The translations under genes were made by a program, and so were the position numbers. The notes beneath the pieces were generated by a model that did not search any database, was not told where the DNA came from, and saw only the letters and a list, made by a program, of their open reading frames with translations. DNA of 64,000 nucleotides from Endomicrobiales bacterium (GTDB lineage: Bacteria; Elusimicrobiota; Endomicrobiia; Endomicrobiales; CAWCFT01). Where the stretch lies: the NCBI GenBank assembly GCA_963794945.1, contig CAWCFT010000003.1, forward strand, positions 1 through 64,000. Direction: 5' to 3'. Positions 43,166-52,000 of this stretch are shown here, one piece after another. The first letter of the stretch is position 1; the number at the start of each line of letters is the position of its first letter.

Positions 43166-44386
43166 ATGGTAAAAATTCTGATCATGGACGACGAGCCGGG
43201 CTTAAGAAATATAGTGTACAACATTGTAAAACCGCTCGGTCATCCGGTTTTTACTTCCGAAGACGGTCATCAAGCTCTGGAGGTTGCGAAAAGGGAGAAT
43301 CCTGATATCGCCTTGCTTGATGTCAGAGTGCCGGATATGGACGGGCTGGAAGTACTGGCTGAGCTCAGAAAGATCAATCCGAACATAAAAGCTATAATGC
43401 TCTCTGGTTTTGGGGACGTGGAAAGCGCAGTTTTTGCTCTCAAACAGGGGGCGTTCGATTATATAAGCAAACCATTTAAAGTGGATGACGTAATTAAAAC
43501 GGTCAATAAGGCAATAAGCGCTATGGGTCAAGGTCAAGCAGCAGCTCCAGCAGCAAGTTCTGCTGGTCAGCAGCCAGCACAGGCACCTGCTATGGCCCGC
43601 GACAAGGCCACGAAACCGGAAACTGCCGCAACAAAGCTACAGAACAAGCCGCCCATTGGTCTTATAGCTGGCGGGGCACTGGTCCTCGCAGTGGCGGGCA
43701 TTTTTCTTTTCAAAGGTATTCTGACTAAATCACATGCCGAAAGCTATACGATACCCTACTCAAATCCTATAGGTATGTGCTGGATAAAACCATACCTTTG
43801 GGTAAGCGATTGGGTCGTGGGCAATATCTACCAACATAACAATGACGCGACACTTTCGATAGCTTCTGTTTATAAAACCAATAACACCCAGCCGACAGGC
43901 ATCACTTTTGATGGTGAAGCGTTGTGGACATGCAGTTCGGTAGAGAAAAGGATATACAAACATAGAATGGATAAAAATCTGTCGGTATCAGAGATATTCT
44001 CCACCCCGAACAGCAGCCCGGCTGGATTATACTTTGATGGAGCCAACCTCTGGGTACTAGATACCAACGCGGCGAAGATCTATAAGCATAAAATGGACGA
44101 AACTCTTTCTATTGTGAGCGTTTTCGACAGCCCAGCTGTCAGCCCTTGCGGTATGTTCCGGGACGGCGAGTATTTCTATATAGGCGACTATAAAACTTCA
44201 CGAATTTACAAGGTGTCGGTAAATGATTTTTCCGTAAGAGAAGTGTATTCAATGCCGGATTTTGAGGAAGGTAAGAATAAGCTGGCCAGCATCACATGGG
44301 ACGGTTCCAGCATCTGGGCTACGGCTGATGGTGTTGGAAAGATATTTAAAATACCGTTTAAATCTTTAAAAACAATCAAATTTTAG
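43166..44386 (+). CDS. REC-linker-TM-periplasmic beta-propeller protein
   Basis: Intact REC (MDDE, LLDVRVP, SKP), Ala/Pro/Gln linker, TM (IGLIAGGALVLAVAGIFLF), repeated P.G..FDG..LW..D....IYKH blades. Confidence 0.85.
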   Translation: MVKILIMDDEPGLRNIVYNIVKPLGHPVFTSEDGHQALEVAKRENPDIALLDVRVPDMDGLEVLAELRKINPNIKAIMLSGFGDVESAVFALKQGAFDYISKPFKVDDVIKTVNKAISAMGQGQAAAPAASSAGQQPAQAPAMARDKATKPETAATKLQNKPPIGLIAGGALVLAVAGIFLFKGILTKSHAESYTIPYSNPIGMCWIKPYLWVSDWVVGNIYQHNNDATLSIASVYKTNNTQPTGITFDGEALWTCSSVEKRIYKHRMDKNLSVSEIFSTPNSSPAGLYFDGANLWVLDTNAAKIYKHKMDETLSIVSVFDSPAVSPCGMFRDGEYFYIGDYKTSRIYKVSVNDFSVREVYSMPDFEEGKNKLASITWDGSSIWATADGVGKIFKIPFKSLKTIKF

Positions 44387-44503
44387 TTTAGTAAATGCTA
44401 CTATTTATTATACTGATTTTAACAAGATTACACAGATTATAGGCAACAATATACCATAAACTTTGTGCAATAGTTTGGTTCAAAAAGACTAACAAAAAAG
44501 GTC

Positions 44504-44534
44504 TTGACAAATAACAGGATCTGTGTTATATAGT
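44504..44534 (+). promoter_or_regulatory. Sigma70 promoter upstream of the riboswitch leader
   Basis: TTGACA (44504-44509), 17 bp, TG-n-TATATA(GT). Confidence 0.65.
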
Positions 44535-44550
44535 TAGTGGAAACAAGAAG

Positions 44551-44660
44551 GCTGTCTGAAAGTTAACGACAATAGCAAACTCCGGGAAACCGGAGGACGC
44601 AAAGCCACGGGGCTAAAGATAGGGGGCTATCAACGCCAGCCGGGTTACCGAAAAGACAGC
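44551..44660 (+). ncRNA. GEMM-I (c-di-GMP-I family) riboswitch aptamer 1, A20 variant (candidate 3',3'-cGAMP sensor)
   Basis: CGACAATAGCAAAC-TCCGG GAAA CCGGA-GGACGCAAAGCC...CTAAA...CAGCCGGGTTACCGAA matches the GEMM-I consensus; closing helix GCTGTCT/AGACAGC; discriminator base at 44574 is A. Confidence 0.93.
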
Positions 44661-44725
44661 TGCAAGACGGGTCTCAAAACGTTATTTGTTTGACATTAAA
44701 TCAGCAATACAAGTCCCCCTATCTT

Positions 44726-44768
44726 AAGCTACCGGGCATCACGAAAGTGAGCGGTAGTTTTTATTTTT
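44726..44768 (+). terminator. Intrinsic terminator, expression platform of riboswitch 1
   Basis: AAGCTACCG...TCAC GAAA GTGA...CGGTAGTTT followed by TTATTTTT. Confidence 0.85.
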
Positions 44769-44811
44769 GATGTGAGATCGCCCCCGATTTCACGCAAAGT
44801 TCTTTAAAAGA

Positions 44812-44914
44812 AGTTCCGATAAAGGCAAACTCCGGGAAACCGGAGGACGCAAAGCCACGGGCCTAAAAGGCGGAGTTGATCAGCCGCTTCAAGGTAGCCG
44901 GGTTACCGAAGACT
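44812..44914 (+). ncRNA. c-di-GMP-I (GEMM-I) riboswitch aptamer 2, G20 variant
   Basis: CGATAAAGGCAAAC-TCCGG GAAA CCGGA-GGACGCAAAGCCACGGGCCTAAA...GGTAGCCGGGTTACCGAA; discriminator base at 44824 is G. Confidence 0.95.
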
Positions 44915-45021
44915 AAGCCGTTTTCAAGTTCCGCGCGTATCGCGGGATGAGAGCCCCCAAACGGCTGATAAAGAGCAAGGGTTAACGCGATTTATGACCC
45001 GAACTCCTTAAAAGTTTAGGT

Positions 45022-45059
45022 AACCGGATTGTCCGTGGCGACGATTCGGTTTTTATTTT
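45022..45059 (+). terminator. Intrinsic terminator, expression platform of riboswitch 2
   Basis: 12-bp stem AACCGGATTGTC / GACGATTCGGTT (two G-U pairs), 6-nt loop, then a T tract, 15 nt before the first start codon. Confidence 0.85.
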
Positions 45060-45073
45060 GCGAGGGTAAAAAG

Positions 45074-45460
45074 ATGGAGAAAAAAATGGTTTTGAAAATG
45101 ATTCTCACGGCACTGGCTCTTCTGGCTGGCTGGACGGTTCTCCCGTCTGCCGGTTCTGAGCAGGCTTACAGTATCGTTACAAATTTTCCGAATCCATTTG
45201 ATAGCCGGGAAGGGTCAACGACCATCTGTTACACACTTTCCTCCGAATCGGAAGTACAGGCAAAGATATACGATCTCCTTGGAAATCTTGTCAGGGAGTA
45301 TCCGTCCAAGATCGAAACAGCCGGGATAAAAACGGTTGTTTGGGATGGGACGGACCAGTATGGCGCCAAAGTTTCCAAAGGCGGCTATATTCTGACGGTT
45401 GAGATTAAAAGCGGTTCCGAAAGCATAATTGCTACCCGCAAGATTGGCGTGATCCACTAA
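45074..45460 (+). CDS. Small exported protein made of a single FlgD-Ig / T9SS-CTD-like domain
   Basis: Signal peptide, then NFPNPF...T.I.Y.L...IYDLLGNLVR...VVWDGTDQYG..V..GGY. Confidence 0.85.
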   Translation: MEKKMVLKMILTALALLAGWTVLPSAGSEQAYSIVTNFPNPFDSREGSTTICYTLSSESEVQAKIYDLLGNLVREYPSKIETAGIKTVVWDGTDQYGAKVSKGGYILTVEIKSGSESIIATRKIGVIH

Positions 45461-45472
45461 GAGAGGAAGAAA

Positions 45473-47104
45473 ATGGAAAGGTCGATGAAAAACACGAATC
45501 TTAACAAGACCATAAGCAAAATCGCATTGATTTTGCTGACGGGATTCGTATTTTTATCGATAAATGTCATCAGTCCGGAGCGCATATTCGCTGACGCTAC
45601 CGGCGGTCAACCTGGACAATTCCTTGCGTGGGGCGCGGGCGCAAGGTCGCTTGCGATGGGCAGTGCCTTTTATTCCGTTTCGGATGACGCCTCTGCTACT
45701 TACTGGAACCCGGCGGGACTTGCCCAGATGGACCGCAAAGAATTAATGGCTCTGCATGTCAGTCTGTTTGCCGACACGAACTATGATTTTATTTCTTATG
45801 TACACCCGACCCCAAAGTACGGCGTGTTCGGGTTGAACCTGACAAGGCTTGATTCGGGCGGCTTTGAAAAGGTCAATATCACCTACGATTCGACTCAAAC
45901 CGATATAATAAATATTCAGAACATGGGCACTTTTGATGATGTGCAAACCGCGTTAACCGGCGCTTACGGCAAGAAGATCAGCGAGCATCTTTCGATAGGA
46001 GTATCAGGCAAATACATAACGCACACATTAGACACGTCAACAAACGGTTTCCTGACTTTCGATGTTGCCACAATGGTGCAGGGGGTCAGTAAAGAGCTTC
46101 CCAAGCTTAAGCTTGGGTTCGGCATACAGAACCTTATGGGCACTAAATTCGGCGATACGGATGACGTGTTGCCTATAATATTTCGCGCTGGAGTAAGTCA
46201 CCCCTTCTTAAGAGATAAACTTTTAGTAGCTTTCGATATAGATAAAAACATGAATACCAGCATGGGCTGGCACATAGGAACCGAATACTGGTTGTTGAAT
46301 TTCGCGGCCCTCCGCATCGGTTTCCAGGGCGGCAATGGTCTGACAGAAACTGACGCTGGGTTTGGAGTAAAATACAAGGATTATGGCATAGATTATGCAT
46401 TCGGTATACAAGACCTGGGGCTTTCAAGCAGGATATCGGGTACCTGGAGATTCGGGCCTTCCATCTCTGAGAACCGCGAAATCCTAGTTCGCCGCTACAT
46501 GCAGGAAGGCATGGAGGCGTACCGTCAAGGCAACTTCCTGCTTGCGTTCAACAGGCTTGAGGCAAGTCTTGACATAGACCCCGCGAACAAGGATGTTCAA
46601 AAGATGCATAGCAGGATGCAGCTTATAGTAGGATACCTCCAAACAGCTGCGGGTGAGAGCGAAGAAGCGGTATCTATCAGAAAGGGCGTTGCCGGATATG
46701 TTGAAAGCGATGAGAAGGGTGCTGTAAACGCTTTCAGATATGCTTATTACAAGAACCCAAATAATACAAAACTGCTTGCTTTATTAAACAGAATCGAAAA
46801 AGATGCCGGTATAACGACAACCGAGGCCTACAAAGAAGATGTTGTCGGCTTTACAATCATAGACCAGAAAGTTTACGACGCACGCCAGTCAATAGTAGAA
46901 GGTAAATATGATCAGGCGCTTATAAAGTGCCAAGAAATACTGAACCTTGAGCCCGCGAACCTTACAGCTATGGAAGTCATGGGTTCAGCGTTCTTCATGA
47001 TGGACCAGCCGGATAAGGCGAAACAGGTGTGGATGAAGGTTATGGAACTTGATCCGACAAACAAGGTCGTGCCCGAGTTCATTAATCAGCTCAAAGAGAA
47101 ATAA
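45473..47104 (+). CDS. PorV/PorQ (UPF0164)-like outer-membrane beta-barrel with C-terminal TPRs
   Basis: Signal peptide; FLAWGAGARSLAMGSAF..VSDDASATYWNPAGLA family motif; alternating beta strands ending IDYAF; helical TPR tail. Confidence 0.85.
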   Translation: MERSMKNTNLNKTISKIALILLTGFVFLSINVISPERIFADATGGQPGQFLAWGAGARSLAMGSAFYSVSDDASATYWNPAGLAQMDRKELMALHVSLFADTNYDFISYVHPTPKYGVFGLNLTRLDSGGFEKVNITYDSTQTDIINIQNMGTFDDVQTALTGAYGKKISEHLSIGVSGKYITHTLDTSTNGFLTFDVATMVQGVSKELPKLKLGFGIQNLMGTKFGDTDDVLPIIFRAGVSHPFLRDKLLVAFDIDKNMNTSMGWHIGTEYWLLNFAALRIGFQGGNGLTETDAGFGVKYKDYGIDYAFGIQDLGLSSRISGTWRFGPSISENREILVRRYMQEGMEAYRQGNFLLAFNRLEASLDIDPANKDVQKMHSRMQLIVGYLQTAAGESEEAVSIRKGVAGYVESDEKGAVNAFRYAYYKNPNNTKLLALLNRIEKDAGITTTEAYKEDVVGFTIIDQKVYDARQSIVEGKYDQALIKCQEILNLEPANLTAMEVMGSAFFMMDQPDKAKQVWMKVMELDPTNKVVPEFINQLKEK

Positions 47105-47112
47105 ATATCCTA

Positions 47113-47141
47113 TTGAAATGATTGATAATTCAATCTATACT
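47113..47141 (+). promoter_or_regulatory. Possible internal promoter with a palindrome in the spacer
   Basis: TTGAAA, 17 bp, TATACT; the spacer contains GATTGA-TAAT-TCAATC. Confidence 0.5.
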
Positions 47142-47162
47142 AAGTACTGTGAGGGATTAAGA

Positions 47163-48969
47163 ATGGAAAAAATTATTAAACGAATTCTAATTGTTTTTGC
47201 GGCTGTTTTTCTAACAGTAGCGCTTCGCTTTCCGCTTGGCTGGTCTCAGAGCACGCAGGATGATTCCCAGCAAAACAACCTGATGGACAAAGAGGCGAAA
47301 TTCGAGAAAGATAAAGCAGAATACCTGCAGTCGTTCGTGCTCGACAAGATACTTGGCCCCGGCAAGGCTATAGTTATAGTAGATGTACAAATGGGCACAG
47401 AGACAAAGGTTACAAAACAGGAAGCAAACCAGAAGAAATCAGAAAGAAAGAAAAGGCTGGGCGAAGTAGAATACCTACTTCCCGGAGTTCCGAACCCTAA
47501 ATCGGTAGCGCAGGAGTCAGCACCAGGCGAGTCTAAAGAAGAAACAGGCCAGGCGCAGGAAACAAAGGTGCAGGTGTTGACTGTTATAAAGAAACTTATA
47601 GTGACCGTTTTGTACGATGAAAAGATCACCCAGGATAAGCTTGATATAGTTAAAGACGCGATCATGTCTTCTATGAAGATAGACGTAAAAAGAGGAGACA
47701 AAATAGAATTTAAAAAAACAAAATTCACGCAGGGTTTTGTTGACGAACTGATGAAACCTCAGATACTCGTGCCTATCATTTTCGCTATGATGCTATTGTT
47801 TTTCCTGTTCGGCCCGGTAGCCAGTTTCCTGAGGTCTTTTGTCAAGACAATGCGCGAAAAAGGCGGAACAGAGGTCACCGTGGACTCGAAATTCGAGGGC
47901 GCTGGAGATGAAGAAGGAAAGGGCGGTGGCGGCGGCAACGGAGCCCTCACGGCATCAGAACTCGAGGCGCTGGAGAAAGAGAAAAAGAAATATCATCCTT
48001 TTGATTACATCAATGATGAAAACCTCAAGCGCATGGTTTACCTTATAAGAAGAGAGCCTCCACAGAGCGTGGCCCTTGTCGTGAGTTATCTTAAGCCCGA
48101 ATACGTCAGAGAGGTCTTGAACGCACTGACCCCTGAAATGCAGGCAAAAGTCGCTTTGGAAATGGCCACTATACGTTCCATGGATGAAGAGCAGGTCAAA
48201 AAAATAGACGACCACATCAAAGAAAAAATAGAGTTCCTAATTGGCGGTATATCGCACCTTCTTGAGGTTATCGACCAGGTAGACAAAGTTACACAGAACA
48301 ATATTTTTGATTATTTAAGGAATGAAAAACCAGAGCTCTATGATAAGGTAAGGAAATTCGTTCTTATGTGGGAAGATATACCGAATTTCCCGGATCAGGC
48401 GATGCAGGTGATAATAAGGGAGCTGAAAACACAAGATATGGCAAAGGCTCTGCGTAACGCAAGCTCAGAACGTGCTTAATAAGTATTTTGCCAATATGTC
48501 GGCCAATGCCGCGGCTATATTAAAAGAGGAAATGGAATACGGAAGGCCGCTTACGGACGCAGAGATTGAAGAGGAAAGAAAGCGAATAATAAATTTGATA
48601 AAGCAGCTTGAGAAAGACGGTCGCGTTTTCATAAGAGAAAAACCGAAGACCGACGTTCTTGAAGGAATAGAAGACAACGGCGGCGAACCCGTGCCTGAAG
48701 AGCAGGGCACGGCGAGTTACGAAGAGTATTATAACGCAGGAGCCCAATATTATGAGTTGTCGCAATTTGAAGAGGCGTTATCGTATTTTGAGTACTGCGC
48801 GCAGTTGGATCCTAACCAGCCGGCAATCTATCAGTATCTTGGAAATACATATTATGCGCTCGGCCGCAGCGCCGAAGCGATAGCGTCATTTGAAAAGGCA
48901 TTGGAACTCAATCCGGAGGATCAGGGTCTTCGGGCGTGGCTCTCAGAGCAAAAAAACGCCATAAGTTGA
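47163..48969 (+). CDS. FliF C-terminal (RBM3)-TM-FliG middle/C-terminal-TPR fusion protein (frameshift near 48470)
   Basis: LDKILGPGKAIVIVDV and IKKLIVTVLYD...KRGDKIEF (FliF ring motif); TM; PFDYI...REPPQSVALVVSYL (FliG EHPQ), GG, LMWEDI (MFxFEDL), ALRNA, NMSANAAAILKEEM (torque helix); C-terminal TPRs. Confidence 0.85.
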
Positions 48970-49081
48970 AATAATATTTCTGTTAAAAAAGCGGTTTTAA
49001 GGCAAAATACAACAAAATTCGCTTTTTTGGCAGAAATTGATTTATTTGTGAATAAAAATAACTATTTTTACGGAGGTAAAG

Positions 49082-52000
49082 ATGGGCTTGTTCAAGAAAG
49101 ATAAACTAAAAGAAGAACAAAAACTCTCTGAGGCAAAATTGCCGAAAAGCCTAGAAGAAAAAAAGTCTATTTTGCCTGAAAGTGAAGACCTCTCACACTC
49201 AAGACAACGCGCTGAGGAACAGATAAGGGCGCTTGAAGAAAAAATTCAGAACCAGAGAGACAGCTGGGGCGCCAAAATGAAGGAGAAGGAAGAAGAAAGG
49301 ATATCTCTAGGCGCTCAGCTTGAGATGCTTGTACGTAAGGTTCAGAACGAGCGCGAGAAAAAAGAAGGTGAGTTGAACCTCCTTGAACAGCAGGTACAAA
49401 GAGACCTGGTTGAAGCCCAAAAATCTCTTGAAAATGAGATCAAAACATGGAATGAACGCCTTAGCGTTAAAGATAAAGAGATCGAACAAACAAAAGAGGA
49501 AGCGGAGTTGATCGAAACCAGAAAGAGGATAGAGAGCGATCAGAATTCAAGAGCTTTGAAATCCCAGTTGGAACAGATCGATCAAAAATATAAGACTCTT
49601 GAAAGAAAAATGCTCGAAGAGCAGAATACGTGGATAACTAGGATCAAAGGCAAAGAAGAAGAAATTTTAGGCGTAAAAACACAGGTCTCGCTTAAAGAAT
49701 CACAGATATCTATTGAAAACGAGAAGGATCAGACGCTAAAAAAAGAAAAAGAAACGGCATGGCAAGGCCAGGTTCAGGAATTAGAAACAAAGCTTAAGAC
49801 GCAGGAGCTTGAGTTCGAAAAAGAATACAAGAGGAAGCAGGATGAATTATCGGCCTTAAAAACAGCTATCGAGGCCAGGCTCAGCTCCATAACCATGGAA
49901 GCTGAGAAAAGGGAAAAAGAAACTCTGAGCCTTATTGCCAGGACCGAAGACAGGATAAAGATAATAAACGGGCATATTACCGAAGAGAATAAACATTGGC
50001 AAACTGTGCTTAAAGCCCGGGATGAGGAATTCAATAAGCTTAAAGTCGAACTTATGCTCCGCGAAAGCCAGGAAAAATCCGAAAGAGAGAAAAAGTTTCA
50101 GGAACTCGGAGAAGCTGAATCGCTGGCCAATAGAAAAATTAAGGAAATACGGCAGAAAATTAATGATGAAAAAGAAAACTGGAAAATTAGCCTCGATGCA
50201 AAAGAAGAAGAACTGAAGCTGCTGAAGATACAATCAGAACTTAAGCTCAAAGAAGTTCAGGAAATGTGGGAAAGCAGGAAGACAAGAGCTCAGGAAGAGA
50301 AATCGATCCTTGAGAAAAAACTCGTAGCGATCAGGGACAATTTTGAGCAGGAAAAGAATAACCTGAAAAAAGAACTAGATATTAAGACCGCGGATATAGA
50401 ACAGTATGAGCAAAAATGGCAGCAGAGGCAGAATGAGATCGCTGCTGCGAACACAAAAGAGCTGGAAGAGCTCAAGGCTCGCAAAGAAATACTTGAGGTG
50501 GAACTAGAGGAGCTTGAGGAAAACCTTAAAAATGAGAAGGCGAAGTGGGCAGGCCTGATACTTCAGAAAGAACAGGAAGCCAATGTCGTAAAAAATGAGC
50601 TAAAAGGCCGAGAATCTTCAGCTTTGAGGGATCTTGAGATCCTTGATATGCAGTTAAATAAGGAACAGCAACCGCTTCTCGATAAAGTCCGGGATATGGA
50701 AAAGCGTTTTGAAGACCACAAAAAACTTGTCAAGGCTGAACTCGGGCGCCGGGAAGCCGCGAAAACGGCACTTGAGGAACAATTCCGTGTAAGAGAAGAA
50801 AATTTGCTTCTGCGCCATAACAAGCAATCTGAAAAAATTAAAGTCCTTGAACAGGAAAATCTTTTAAAGATCTCAGAACTGAAAAAAAGCATGGAGGAGC
50901 AGTCTCAGTCCGCTCTTAAGAGGATAAATGAACTTAAGTCGGAAGAAAACATGGTCAAAGAAAAGCTCTCTTCGCAAGATAAGACAATAGCGGAAGAAAA
51001 GGCCAAACTTGAGGAACAGTATAAACACCGTAACAATATTTTGTTAGAATCGATACAAAATCTTGAGATAGAAAATGAGCGGCAAAGAGGACAACTGCAG
51101 GCCGAATTGGAAAATATGACAAAGGCTGCGGAAGAGATTAAAACAGAACTTGAGAAAAAAGAAAATCAGCTTTTGGCAGACCTGAAGCTTAAAGAAAAAG
51201 AGCAGGCATCGATAAAGACGTCTTCGGAAGCTGAGGTCGCAAAACTAGCCGAGGCGCTGACCAAAAACAATGAAGAATATGAGCGTGAGATAAAAGCTCA
51301 CAGGGAATCAATAGAGGCGCTGGAAAAGTCGTTCAAGAGCAAAGATGCCCAATTTCAAGCTGAAATAAAGAACATAAAAATAGAATGGGATAACAAGCTT
51401 CAACCCTTAAATGACGAACGCAAACAGCAGGAAGCGCGTCTGGCATTGTCAAAAAAAGAAGCCGAAGACAGAGCGCTCGCTATAGAGAATGCCATAAAAA
51501 TGTCCAGGGAGCAATACAAAATACAGGAAGAGAACGCCGCCAGAAATATATTGCAGGAAAATTTAAGGATTCAAGCGATAAAAGAAAAGCTTGCAAAAGA
51601 GGCTGCCGCTCTGAATCTGGAGATTGATACGCAATCCAGGCAGGCAAAGGAAATAATTGAAAAGCTTGCGCTTAGAGAGAAGGCCCTCGAAAACAATATT
51701 GCCGTTGAAGACCAGAGGCTGCACGCAGAAAGGGTCAGGGTAACCCAATTCTACGAAAATCAGCAAAAACAGCTCAACGAAACAATTAACAAGCTTGAAA
51801 AGGATTATTCGGATTTCGTAAAAAGCGTTGATGCGGATATAAAACTTAAAAATGCTGAACTGGTTCGGGAAGAAAAGAGAGTGAGAGATCTTGAGATGGA
51901 AAATCTCAAGGATATGAAACAAAAAGAGCAGGAGCTTTCGTTATTAGAAAATGAAAACAAAAAAGAACTCGCCGCGTTGTTTGCAGAGTACAATAGGATT

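Noticed and set aside
44551..44914. Riboswitch duplication as an assembly artefact
   Set aside because: Only a 37-nt core is identical; P1, P3 and the terminators differ while keeping their base pairing
45074..48969. Ordinary flagellar operon (flgD, fliF, fliG)
   Set aside because: The Ig protein has a Sec signal and lacks the FlgD N-terminal region, FliF lacks RBM1/2, FliG lacks its N-domain, and the usual neighbours fliE, fliH and fliI are absent
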